Positions 1 to 8,996 of a stretch of 64,000 nucleotides of DNA are shown here, one piece after another. This DNA is from Rhodospirillaceae bacterium (lineage in GTDB: Bacteria > Pseudomonadota > Gammaproteobacteria > Steroidobacterales > Rariloculaceae), in the NCBI GenBank assembly GCA_024638465.1, contig JAHEKF010000007.1, positions 7,729-71,728 of the forward strand. The letters are read 5' to 3'. Each line of letters starts with the position of its first letter. The stretch's first letter is position 1. The notes under the pieces were generated by a model that ran no database searches, had not been told where the DNA came from, and was given only the letters and a program-made list of their open reading frames with translations. The translations under genes and the position numbers were made by a program.

Positions 1-31
1 GCACGCCGAGAGCGCGGATCGAATTCTGGCC

Positions 32-1033
32 GTGCAGCTCGGTGAACTGCCGAATATCGAACGTCCCGAACCACGCGTGCTACCCGAAGTCGGGCCCGGT
101 ATCGGTTTTCCGGTCGCGCGCGCACCCTGGCGGAGCTTTCGAACCGCTATGGGCGCCGTCAATGCGAACCTGACAGGTGGTGCCGGTGCTCGCGAGGGCA
201 TCGACTATCGCGGTGGTCACGGCATTCTCGTGTTCGATCGCGACGGTAATCTCGTCGAAGAGTGGACCCAGTGGGACTCGCTGCTCGTTCGACCGCATTC
301 GATTTACGTCAGTCCTTATGACGCCGAGAAACGTGTCTGGGTCGTCGACGATGGCGCGCATGCAATCTTTATATTCTCGAACGATGGCAAGGAGCTTCTC
401 CAGACCATCGGTATTCCGGGCGAGGGTGGAATAGACGAAACCCATCTATTCTGGCCCTGTTATATAGATTGGGCGCCTGACGGCAGCTTCTACGTCGCCG
501 ACGGTGGCGACTTTTATAATCCCGATCGTCCGCTTGGCGCGCGTGTGGTGAAGTTCGATGCGGACGGAAACTACCTGTTCGAGTGGGGTCAGGAAGGTGT
601 CCCGCCCAGCGAGACCAGACCCGGTTATTTCAACAATCTGCACGGTATTGCAGTCGACCCGGAGTCCGGCCGGGTGTTCGCGAACGATCGGCAGAATCAT
701 CGCATCCAGGTGTTTTCCGCGGATGGCGAGTATCTCGACGAATGGTCAGTCGGTGCGCCGCCGGCCGATTTGCATATGTTTATCGTTTCGAATGGCGCGC
801 TGTGGGCCGCCGATCGCGGCACGAACAAGATCCTGAAATATGATTTTGCGGGCAATCTGCTTTACGCCTGGGGCGTCAGCGGTGATTTTCCCGGCGGCAT
901 GTGGGGCGTTCACGGAATGAGCTTCGATGACGAAGGTAATTTCTACGTCGCTGAAGTCGATAACGGTCGTATTCAGAAGTTCAGGCCGCGCGCGGGTGCC
1001 AATCCCGCTTACCTGGTAGCACTGCCGCGGTAA
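32..1033 (+). CDS. NHL-repeat beta-propeller protein; the 5' end may lie upstream of the window
   Basis: 333-aa ORF with recurring blade motifs (FYVADGGD, HRIQVFSADGEYL, FYVAEVDNGRIQKF). The frame stays open back to base 2, so the start is uncertain. Confidence 0.65.
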   Translation: MQLGELPNIERPEPRVLPEVGPGIGFPVARAPWRSFRTAMGAVNANLTGGAGAREGIDYRGGHGILVFDRDGNLVEEWTQWDSLLVRPHSIYVSPYDAEKRVWVVDDGAHAIFIFSNDGKELLQTIGIPGEGGIDETHLFWPCYIDWAPDGSFYVADGGDFYNPDRPLGARVVKFDADGNYLFEWGQEGVPPSETRPGYFNNLHGIAVDPESGRVFANDRQNHRIQVFSADGEYLDEWSVGAPPADLHMFIVSNGALWAADRGTNKILKYDFAGNLLYAWGVSGDFPGGMWGVHGMSFDDEGNFYVAEVDNGRIQKFRPRAGANPAYLVALPR

Positions 1034-1046
1034 ACAGGAGTCCGAT

Positions 1047-1421
1047 ATGAAATGCCCGAAGTGTTCATCCGAGATGCAGGAAGTAATGCATGATGGGGTC
1101 TACATTGATCGCTGCATCGGCTGCAAGGGTCTTTGGTTCAACATGCTCGAACATGAGCACCTTGCCGCTATCGAAGGTTCCGAGTCTCTCGACTTCGGCA
1201 GCGCCGAGGTCGGTAAGCGCTTTGACGCGATGGAAGACGTCAAGTGCCCCAATTGCAGCTGCGAGATGCTGAAAATGGTCGACGCCCGGCAGCCGCATAT
1301 CTGGTACGAAGGTTGCCCGAGTTGCTACGGCGTCTACTTCGATGCCGGCGAGTTTCGGGACTACAAAGAGAAGACTGTGATGGATTTCTTCCGCGATCTG
1401 TTCGCTAAGGAAAGGCTCTGA
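1047..1421 (+). CDS. Small zinc-ribbon protein with two CxxC...CxxC units (TFIIB-type zinc-finger-like)
   Basis: MKCPKCS...CIGCKG and KCPNCS...CPSCYG pairs. Starts 14 nt after the upstream gene. Confidence 0.6.
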   Translation: MKCPKCSSEMQEVMHDGVYIDRCIGCKGLWFNMLEHEHLAAIEGSESLDFGSAEVGKRFDAMEDVKCPNCSCEMLKMVDARQPHIWYEGCPSCYGVYFDAGEFRDYKEKTVMDFFRDLFAKERL

Positions 1422-1461
1422 TCTCAGCCACTCTGTCGCGAGTTCGCTTCGGGGCCACGAC

Positions 1462-2040
1462 TTAATCTGCCTCGTATCTGCCGATGACGTCGCCGTCGGT
1501 CGTCACGCCGAGACCGTTAAGATGTCGGTTGACGTAGTTAAAATACCCGCACACCTGATTCGTCTCGAGTATTTCGCCATCTGTAGCGCCGGCTTCCCGC
1601 AACGCCACGACATCGGTCCGCTCGAGATTCGCCACATCCAGCGTGAGCTTCTCGACGTATTTAAGGAGTGCGAGATGTTTACCCGAAAATTCGCGTTCGG
1701 GTGCCCTGTCCTTCAGTGCGTTCAGTCGCGCGTCGCCAAGTTCGCCGCCACCGAGCAATACGCGTGCGTTGTGCTCGTGGTGCGCCAGGCTGTACTCGCA
1801 GCCATTGAGATAGCTCGTGTATACGCCGATCGCTTCGAGAAACGATGCCGGCAGGGTGTTGTCCTCGTGATGCAATACGGCTTTGTATAGTGCGATGTGA
1901 CCGAGCATGGTATGCGGTCGCAGCGAGTGCGCCTGCATGACGTTGTCGACGGTGCCATGGGGTGTTCCTGCGGCCTCGTATGCATCCGCCAGCGCTCCCG
2001 AAGCGCCGGCCGGCGAAATCATCTCGATCCAGGCGGTCAT
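1462..2040 (-). CDS. Carboxymuconolactone decarboxylase (AhpD-like) family, 'peroxidase-related enzyme' type
   Basis: 192 aa with an NGCEYSLAHH motif typical of the CMD/AhpD-like family. Its ATG overlaps the upstream gene's stop by 4 nt (ATGA). Confidence 0.8.
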   Translation of the reverse strand: MTAWIEMISPAGASGALADAYEAAGTPHGTVDNVMQAHSLRPHTMLGHIALYKAVLHHEDNTLPASFLEAIGVYTSYLNGCEYSLAHHEHNARVLLGGGELGDARLNALKDRAPEREFSGKHLALLKYVEKLTLDVANLERTDVVALREAGATDGEILETNQVCGYFNYVNRHLNGLGVTTDGDVIGRYEAD

Positions 2041-2735
2041 GGGGTTCTCGCTGATGGTGTTGACGACGGCGTCTCGCTGGCGCTGGAAAAAACTCGTTGT
2101 ACGATTGGTTCGAAGAACTCGATCGGTAGATTCTCGACGTTCGGATCGATGGCGACAATGTCATATTTCTCGACGAACGTTTCCGTCCATTCGAAGTACT
2201 CATGACCGCGCCATTGATCGCGCTCGCGAATGAAGTTCTGCTCGTTCCAATCGGGATACTCGTGCAGATGAATGCGCTGAAAGATCTCGTGATGTTCAAG
2301 CATCCAGATCTGTTTCTCTGAAACGACAGAGCGGAGCAGGTTGGCGGCGAACTGCCCATGCTCGTCAGGGCAAACGATGAACCCGACATCATGAAAAAGA
2401 CCCGTTACGATGGACTCGTCGTCGTAGCCGTCTCTGTGCAGTAAAGTTGCGGTCTGCAGACAATGTTCGTAGTTGTTGATCGCGTAACCGAAAGACGGCG
2501 CATTGCGTGAAGCTCTCAGCAGATCGAGTGCCTGGATGTGTCGTTGATCGCGCAAATAGTCATCGCGCTGCGAGTTCAGTAACGCCCAGTCGTCGCGACG
2601 AAAGTCATCCAAGTTGAATATTTCGACATAGCCCCAATCGCGGCGCAGCAGTGGACTTCGTCCGACCGGCTCGCCCGAACGGCCCGGAGGATCGCCTGTC
2701 TTACGCTTATCCTTCTCCGGATTCTCGGACACTCT
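2037..2735 (-). CDS. HD-domain protein resembling the MIOX/PhnZ-type HD (mixed-valent di-iron oxygenase) superfamily
   Basis: Landmarks: H in EHCLQTA, HD in LFHDVGF, H in DEHGQ, HH in LEHHE, and a C-terminal KYDIVAID similar to the KYDxxxK motif of MIOX. The ORF-track start at 2876 overlaps the upstream gene heavily. An in-frame GTG at 2735 is the nearest canonical start. Confidence 0.6.
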   Translation of the reverse strand, partial: RVSENPEKDKRKTGDPPGRSGEPVGRSPLLRRDWGYVEIFNLDDFRRDDWALLNSQRDDYLRDQRHIQALDLLRASRNAPSFGYAINNYEHCLQTATLLHRDGYDDESIVTGLFHDVGFIVCPDEHGQFAANLLRSVVSEKQIWMLEHHEIFQRIHLHEYPDWNEQNFIRERDQWRGHEYFEWTETFVEKYDIVAIDPNVENLPIEFFEPIVQRVFSSASETPSSTPSARTP

Positions 2736-3675
2736 GCATCTCCCGGTAGGCGAAAGCTTCGTCGAATCTTGCGGCGATGTAGTCGGCGCAGCGGACCGGC
2801 GCGAAGCGTGCTTCCTCGTTCGCTGTCGTCGCCGGCTCGAGCATCGCATCCCAATTCGGATCGATGAACGTCGCAAGCGAGTACCGGTCCCTGGTCGCGG
2901 AACTCACGACACGATGAGGTGTCGATTCGAAGTGGCCGTTGCTCCAGCGTGCGAGAAGGTCGCCGATATTGACCACATAGGTGCCTTCGATCGGTTTGAC
3001 GTCCGTCCACGTTCCTTCTCTGGTTCTTACCTGTAAGCCCCCGACGTCGTCCTGACAGAGCAACGTCAACATTCCGTAGTCGGTATGCACGCCGCTGCCG
3101 GGTTGCCGTCGCTCGTCGGCTTGCGGGGGATAATGGATCAAGGCTGCGCGGCTGATGGGCTTGTCGAAATGCCGAACGAAATAATCGGGCGCTATGCCGA
3201 GTCCGTCCGCAAGCGCTCGCAGCAACATCTCACCGCAAGCCTGTGTCGCGACGAAATATTCCATCAGCCGGCTTCGCATTGCCGGCAGAAACGACGGCCA
3301 GAGGTTCGGGGCGAGTAATCGTCCGCCGGCGCGGTAATCCGCATCGTCATTCTCGATGTCGAGCCCCCAGATGAAGCTCTCCTTGAGGTCAGTCTGCAGA
3401 TTTCCGTACATCTTCGCCTCGCCGATCTCGAGCCAGCCGCGATGATGCGCCGACACGGAAACTTCGCTTTTCTGCTGCCTGGAGCTGCCGAAGAATTCAC
3501 GTGCCAACGAATAGGTCTCGGCCAGCAGCGAAGCGGGAACGCCATGATCGGCTACATAGAAGAAGCCCACATTGCTCGCTGCATCGTAGAGCGCCGCGGT
3601 AGTGTGTGCGCGCGCGTTCACGTCTTCGCCGCCAAGCGGCGATACATCGATGACCGGGATATTGTTAGCTGTCAC
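2707..3675 (-). CDS. Fe(II)/2-oxoglutarate-dependent oxygenase (isopenicillin-N-synthase/ACC-oxidase-like)
   Basis: IPVIDVSPL N-terminal motif, HTDYGMLTLL (HxD), STPHRVV (distal His) and RYSLATF (RxS). GTG start at 3675 overlaps the nhaC stop by 11 nt. The longer track start is probably an extension. Confidence 0.8.
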   Translation of the reverse strand: MTANNIPVIDVSPLGGEDVNARAHTTAALYDAASNVGFFYVADHGVPASLLAETYSLAREFFGSSRQQKSEVSVSAHHRGWLEIGEAKMYGNLQTDLKESFIWGLDIENDDADYRAGGRLLAPNLWPSFLPAMRSRLMEYFVATQACGEMLLRALADGLGIAPDYFVRHFDKPISRAALIHYPPQADERRQPGSGVHTDYGMLTLLCQDDVGGLQVRTREGTWTDVKPIEGTYVVNIGDLLARWSNGHFESTPHRVVSSATRDRYSLATFIDPNWDAMLEPATTANEEARFAPVRCADYIAARFDEAFAYREMQSVRESGEG

Positions 3676-5053
3676 GAACGATCTGCCGAAAAATACCGAG
3701 ACCAAGATAGGCAAGAATAATCGAGAGTAGCGGGTTGATGTAGTTGAAGAATGCCCACGGAGCATACTCGAGCGTCGCCAATCCGAGCACGCCCGTGTAG
3801 AACGCGCCCGCCGTCGTCCACGGTATCAATGGCGTACTCAGCGTCGCGCCCTCCTCGAGACAGCGCGACAGCATGGTTTTTCTGAGGCCGTCCTCTTCGA
3901 AGGATTCCTTGAATATCTGTCCGCCGAAGATAATGGAGAGATAAGCCTCTCCCATGCTCATATTGGCGGCGATTCCGGAGCCGATCGTCGCAGTCATCAG
4001 CGTCGCCGTGTTCCGGATACGAGTGAGTAGCCCACTCAGCATCACACGCACGAAACCGCTTCGATCGAGCAATCCGCCGAGTGCGAGAGCGATGAGTGCC
4101 AGCGACAGCGTCCACATCATGCTTTGAATTCCGCCCCGATTGAGCAGGACGTCGACGAGTTCCGCCCCGGTTTCCGCGGAATAACCGTTTTGGAGGCTTG
4201 CGAGCACATCCGTGAATTGACGTCCCTGCAGAAGAATCGCACAGCCGATCGCGGTTGCTATGCCTGCCAGCATGCTCGGTTCGACCGAGACTCGAATCAT
4301 GCTGAGGCCGAGCAGAACGATTAGAGGTGCGAGCGTCCACGGACTGATCGCGAACTCAACGGCGAGGCGCTGCTTGAGTTCGACGACTTGCTGAGCCGAG
4401 ACGGTTTGATCGGCGTATTGCATCCCGATCGCGGCAAACAATAAAAGCGCGATGAAGTAAGTCGGTACCGTCGTGTACATCATCGCGCGTATGTGGGCAT
4501 AAACATCCGTATTCGCGCTCATCGCCGCCAGTATTGTCGTGTCCGATACTGGCGACATCTTGTCACCGAAACTGGCTCCGGAAACGATCATGCCCGCCAC
4601 CAGCGGCAACGGAATACCCAGCGCGCCGCCCAGACCCATTAGCACGACGCCGACTGTGCCGACCGTTCCCCAGGCCGTTCCCGTTACTACAGACATGAAA
4701 CTGCAGAATACGAGCCCGGCCGGCAGGAACACGGCCGGATGCAGAATATCGACGCCGTAGTAGACCAGGCTACCGACCGTACCGCTCTCCATTAGCGCGG
4801 CGATGAGGATGCCGATGAGGATAAAGATGAATATCGCGCCGAGTCCCTTCTCTATGCCGGACACCATTGCGGCGCGGATATCGACGAAGCGATAGCCGAG
4901 ATAGGCCGAGTTCGCTCCGACCCAGACAAGGCCGATGATGAGCAGGCTGTGCAGATTGACCTCGAACCAGAGTAGCCCGACGATCACGATGCAGACGACG
5001 CCACCGAAGCTAAGGATCGATTGGGCAAGACCTGGCTCGCGGGGATTGTTCAT
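3665..5053 (-). CDS. nhaC: NhaC-family Na+/H+ (or substrate/cation) antiporter
   Basis: 462-aa polytopic membrane protein whose overall sequence pattern is typical of NhaC. Confidence 0.8.
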   Translation of the reverse strand: MNNPREPGLAQSILSFGGVVCIVIVGLLWFEVNLHSLLIIGLVWVGANSAYLGYRFVDIRAAMVSGIEKGLGAIFIFILIGILIAALMESGTVGSLVYYGVDILHPAVFLPAGLVFCSFMSVVTGTAWGTVGTVGVVLMGLGGALGIPLPLVAGMIVSGASFGDKMSPVSDTTILAAMSANTDVYAHIRAMMYTTVPTYFIALLLFAAIGMQYADQTVSAQQVVELKQRLAVEFAISPWTLAPLIVLLGLSMIRVSVEPSMLAGIATAIGCAILLQGRQFTDVLASLQNGYSAETGAELVDVLLNRGGIQSMMWTLSLALIALALGGLLDRSGFVRVMLSGLLTRIRNTATLMTATIGSGIAANMSMGEAYLSIIFGGQIFKESFEEDGLRKTMLSRCLEEGATLSTPLIPWTTAGAFYTGVLGLATLEYAPWAFFNYINPLLSIILAYLGLGIFRQIVRDS

Positions 5054-5559
5054 TTGACGGCTCGCGATAGGCGCTCGCTGCGCCCGGGATTATCTGCCCG
5101 CCGGCATGTTCTTGTTCGTGTTCAATTTCCGGCGCTGCCGCTGGCATCCTACAGCAACAGGGCATCCCGGGGGAGGGTTACGGGTTGATGAAAACCGGCT
5201 CTCCGGGCCGCCTGATACGCTGACCTTGCCGCGCCGGCAGAGTAGAATCGGAGCCTGAATAACAATAAGGGGGACGCGCGTGAGATTCACGATCGCTCCG
5301 ATGGCCATTGCCTGGCTCGCCTCCGGGATCGAGCGCTGCGAAGCCGAAGATCTCGACCTAAGTGCGCCGTCGCTCGAGGGAAAGTAGATGGCGGATACTT
5401 CCGCGCTGATTCGTTATCCCCGTGACATCGACGGCTTCTTCACGGCGATGATGCATTCGCGAGACCTGCTCTATTCGCCGCATTTGCCGACGATGCGTTT
5501 CGACTGTGACCCCGACGTTACGAGGCGCTTCGTGCCTTAACACGAATCGGGAAGCCAAG

Positions 5560-6630
5560 ATGATCTTCCGTCAGTTGTTCGATAGCGAGTCCTGGACTTT
5601 CACTTATCTGTTGGCGGATCCGGATTCGAGAGAAGCGCTGCTAATCGACACGGTTTTCGAAAAACACTTGCGGGATCTCGCCCTGGTTCGCGAGCTCGAT
5701 CTCGAGCTGAAGTACACCCTCGACACGCATGTCCATGCCGATCACGTGACGGGTGCATGGCTGATGCGCGGTGCTACGGGCTGCCGAATTGCCGTCGCGG
5801 CGGCTTCCGGAGCCGAAGGCGCCGATGTGTACATCGAGGACGGCGACGAGATCGGTGTCGGAACGGTCAGAGTCAGGGCGCGAGCCACCCCGGGCCATAC
5901 CGATGGCTGCATGACCTATGTGCTTGCCGACGAGTCGATGGCTTTCACCGGCGACGCATTATTGATTCGCGGTGCCGGCCGCACGGATTTCCAGGCCGGT
6001 GATGCGCGTCGTCTGTTCCATTCCGTCCGCGACAGAATTCTGAGTCTTCCGGATGACTGCGTACTTTATCCAGCGCACGACTACAGCGGCCGGACCTCGA
6101 CGACGGTTGCTGAGGAGCGTGCTCACAACCCGCGCCTGGGTGACGGCAAGCGCGAGGAAGATTTTGTTGGCTATATGGAGAATCTCGGTCTGCCGCATCC
6201 GAAAAAGATGCAGGCGGCGGTTCCGGCGAATCTTCAATGCGGCCGGCCCGGTGAGGGGGACGAAACTCCGGCCTTACCAGACTGGGGTCCGGTTATTCGA
6301 ACGTTCGCCGGCGTACTCGAAGTTGATCCCGAGTGGGTCCACAGTCATCGTGAAGACGTGGTGGTAATCGACGTCCGCGAGCAGGAAGAGATCGACGCGA
6401 CGCCACTCGGCTGCATCAGCGGCTCGCTCATGATTCCGCTGAGTAAACTTCGTGATCGAATGGACGAAGTGCCGAAGGACGGACCCGTCGTCACTATATG
6501 CCCCGCAGGTGCGCGGTCGGCGCAGGCGGCATTGATACTGGAGCAAGCAGGTTACCCGAAAGTCGCGAACCTACCCGGCGGTCTGTTCCGCTGGCAGGCG
6601 CTCGGCTTTCCGGTTGTACAGCCGGGGTGA
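5560..6630 (+). CDS. Persulfide (sulfur) dioxygenase, ETHE1-type MBL fold, fused to a C-terminal rhodanese domain
   Basis: HVHADHVTG (HxHxDH), TPGHTDGC, RTDFQ.GD, YPAHDY, then a rhodanese domain with the active-site loop CPAGARS. ATG at 5560 is preceded by GGGAAG. Confidence 0.85.
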   Translation: MIFRQLFDSESWTFTYLLADPDSREALLIDTVFEKHLRDLALVRELDLELKYTLDTHVHADHVTGAWLMRGATGCRIAVAAASGAEGADVYIEDGDEIGVGTVRVRARATPGHTDGCMTYVLADESMAFTGDALLIRGAGRTDFQAGDARRLFHSVRDRILSLPDDCVLYPAHDYSGRTSTTVAEERAHNPRLGDGKREEDFVGYMENLGLPHPKKMQAAVPANLQCGRPGEGDETPALPDWGPVIRTFAGVLEVDPEWVHSHREDVVVIDVREQEEIDATPLGCISGSLMIPLSKLRDRMDEVPKDGPVVTICPAGARSAQAALILEQAGYPKVANLPGGLFRWQALGFPVVQPG

Positions 6631-6644
6631 CTCGGGGAGAGCGA

Positions 6645-7565
6645 ATGAAAATTATTGAAGGCGTAGCAATCGTTATCGTTTCTTTAGCGATTGCGCGCGG
6701 TATTGCGGCCCAGCCAATAGAAGGCTCCGGCTTCGTCGTCGATTTCGACGCCGTTGAATTACGCATGACGCACGTTGCCGGCAACGTCTACGCATTGGCC
6801 GGTGCGGGCGGCACGATCGGGGTGTTTGTGAGCGACGATGCGGTGTTTCTCGTGGACGATCAGTTCGCCCCCCTGACCGAGCGGATTCGTGCCGAAATCG
6901 GGAAAGTTGGCGATGCGCCGGTGCGTTTTATCGTCAACACGCATTTCCACGAGGATCATACGAGCGGCAATGAAAACTTCAGCGAGGCCGGTACCGTTAT
7001 TGTCGCGCACGAGAACGTACGCAGAACGCTGGCGCAGCCGCACTATATTGAGATGATTCAAACGCGGTTCGCAGCTTTTGGCGCGAGCGCGCTGCCCATC
7101 GTGACATTTCAGGACTCGATGGCGTTCCATCTCGGCGGCGAGCGTATCGATGTCATTCATTCGCCGCCGGCGCATACCGACGGCGATTCCATGATCTTTT
7201 TCCGTGGGTCGAATGTCCTGCACATGGGCGACGTTTTCCGCTCGCGCGGCCAACCGATTTTTGACCGTAATAACGGCGGATCATACGAAGGCTTGATCGC
7301 TTCGGCCGATTTTGCGCTGAACCTGATCGGCGAGGACACGATGATTATTCCCGGACACGGTGTCGTCTCGACAAAAGCCGATCTGCGCCAGAGCCGGGAA
7401 ATTATGGCGACGATTCGCGATCGCATTCAGGCGGGTATCGACGCCGAGATGACTGTCGAGCAGGTTATCGCAACCGATCCAACCCGCGGTTTCGACTGGC
7501 GCGATGGGCGGCTGACGGTCGCCGACACCATTCGCTGGATCTACGCGGAACTCGCAGCAAAATAG
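6645..7565 (+). CDS. Secreted metallo-beta-lactamase-fold hydrolase
   Basis: Signal peptide MKIIEGVAIVIVSLAIARGIAAQ, then HFHEDHTSGN, AHTDGD and PGHG motifs. Confidence 0.8.
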   Translation: MKIIEGVAIVIVSLAIARGIAAQPIEGSGFVVDFDAVELRMTHVAGNVYALAGAGGTIGVFVSDDAVFLVDDQFAPLTERIRAEIGKVGDAPVRFIVNTHFHEDHTSGNENFSEAGTVIVAHENVRRTLAQPHYIEMIQTRFAAFGASALPIVTFQDSMAFHLGGERIDVIHSPPAHTDGDSMIFFRGSNVLHMGDVFRSRGQPIFDRNNGGSYEGLIASADFALNLIGEDTMIIPGHGVVSTKADLRQSREIMATIRDRIQAGIDAEMTVEQVIATDPTRGFDWRDGRLTVADTIRWIYAELAAK

Positions 7566-7583
7566 ACATTGCGGAGAACTACA

Positions 7584-8606
7584 GTGATAGAGCGCACGAT
7601 ACTCGTTTCTCTGATGATGATGCCGCTGACGTCAGCGGCGCAGGACAGCCCGTTCCTCGGGGAATGGCTGCTCCGTCTCGACCAGGACAATCGAATCGGT
7701 CGCTCGGCTTACGGCAGCCTCGTGTTCGAGCTCGGCACGGGCGGTCTGGAGGCTTATATCGATGGGGGATCGGTCAATGTCCTCGAAATCGACGGCACCC
7801 GGATCGTATTCGATTTCGACTGGTCGGATCTGCCCGATGCGCGGCATCTCAGTATCCTGGAAGGCGCACTCGCCAACGGCGTTATTACCGGCACGGCGAC
7901 AGAGAACGGTGAAGATCGGGGCGGTTGGCGCGCGATGCGCTCCGAGCGACGGGATACGGTCGGGTTAGCGCCGGAACCGGTCGATCTGACAGGTATCTGG
8001 AGTCGTCCCGCGATCCTGAGCAAGCATGAATTCGAGGTGACGGCAGCAGGGCGTGCAGCCGACGAACGCTATGATTCGACGATTGACGATCCCATCCTGC
8101 GTTGCGTTTCGGATGGCCTGATCCGAATGTCGCACGGGCCGTTCCATATCGAGGTTGTTTCGATGCCGAACAAAATCATCGTGCTGCACGAGGACTTGCA
8201 CGAGGTGCGGCGCATCTACACAGACGGGCGGGATTTTCCTGCGGATATCGAATATGCCAATCTCGCGATGGGCTTCTCGATCGGCCGCTGGGAAGGGTCG
8301 ACGCTCGTCGTCGAAAGTCGTGGCCTGAAACCGTCGGTCTGGGATGCCGCGGGTATGCCGATATCGTCCGACGCGGTTGTAACCGAGCGCTGGTATGTCG
8401 ACGACGCGGGGGAACTTCATGTCGAGTTTTCTCTCGATGATCCCGTCAACTATCATCGCCCGGTGGAGATGCACGGCGTCCGTTCGCCTCTGCCGCCCAG
8501 TACGTTAATTCCCGAATATTCCTGCGATCCACATGCGTTTTATCGTAGTCTGCAGCTGGAAGGCCGGCTCGACGAGTACTGGAGTCGCGGTGCCAACCGC
8601 TTATAG
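7584..8606 (+). CDS. Secreted protein: unique N-terminal region plus 'module C' of the repeated family
   Basis: Signal peptide ending SAAQD. Landmarks: LTGIW, LRCVSDG, MGFSIGRWEGSTLVVESRG, DDPVNYHRP, EYSCDP. GTG 7584 (GGAG 8 nt upstream) is preferred over TTG 7569. Confidence 0.6.
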   Translation: MIERTILVSLMMMPLTSAAQDSPFLGEWLLRLDQDNRIGRSAYGSLVFELGTGGLEAYIDGGSVNVLEIDGTRIVFDFDWSDLPDARHLSILEGALANGVITGTATENGEDRGGWRAMRSERRDTVGLAPEPVDLTGIWSRPAILSKHEFEVTAAGRAADERYDSTIDDPILRCVSDGLIRMSHGPFHIEVVSMPNKIIVLHEDLHEVRRIYTDGRDFPADIEYANLAMGFSIGRWEGSTLVVESRGLKPSVWDAAGMPISSDAVVTERWYVDDAGELHVEFSLDDPVNYHRPVEMHGVRSPLPPSTLIPEYSCDPHAFYRSLQLEGRLDEYWSRGANRL

Positions 8607-8621
8607 AGGAGGGGAAAAAAG

Positions 8622-8981
8622 ATGAAGAAATGGGTTTCCCTGGCCGTTGCGTCCGCAACCGCTCTGGTTGTCGCTCAATCGGCGACCGCGCATCATGCGC
8701 TCGCGGCCAATTACGACACGGACAACATCGGTACGATCGAAGGTGTCGTCGTGGAGGTCTTCTGGTCCAATCCGCACGTGCATTATTATATCGAGGTGGC
8801 GAACGCAGAAGGTGTCACGGAGCTATGGGATGTCGAAACATCGAATCTGGCTACCGTGATGCGATCGGGATGGACGAGAGAAACAGTTGAAGTCGGTGAT
8901 CGAATTCGCATCTCCGGGCAGCTCGGGCGTAACGGGATACATCGGCTGGCGCTCGACCGCGAGTCGCTCGAAGTGCTGTAG
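8622..8981 (+). CDS. Secreted 'module N' protein (I believe DUF6152-like), stand-alone
   Basis: AGGAGG ribosome-binding site. Signal peptide ...AQSATA|HHALA, then EGVVVEVFWSNPH, WDVE, GWTRE, GDRIRISG. Confidence 0.7.
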   Translation: MKKWVSLAVASATALVVAQSATAHHALAANYDTDNIGTIEGVVVEVFWSNPHVHYYIEVANAEGVTELWDVETSNLATVMRSGWTRETVEVGDRIRISGQLGRNGIHRLALDRESLEVL

Positions 8982-8996
8982 CCGGGGAGCTTGAAA

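Noticed and set aside
5280-5540. Two small in-frame ORFs upstream of the persulfide dioxygenase, separated only by a TAG. The first is 35 codons from GTG 5280. The second is a 50-codon ORF, MADTSALIRYPRDIDGFF..., from ATG 5388 with GAGGGA upstream.
   Set aside because: I recognise no family. It could be a small gene, a decayed pseudogene or chance. There is not enough evidence to call it.
5054-5559. The large 506-nt spacer was checked for a tRNA, a riboswitch or a regulator gene. The minus-strand ORFs at 5090-5308 and 5358-5558 were also considered.
   Set aside because: I found no tRNA-like arms or known riboswitch cores. The two minus-strand ORFs have Arg-rich, low-complexity translations and no ribosome-binding sites. 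The region is most likely a divergent promoter region.
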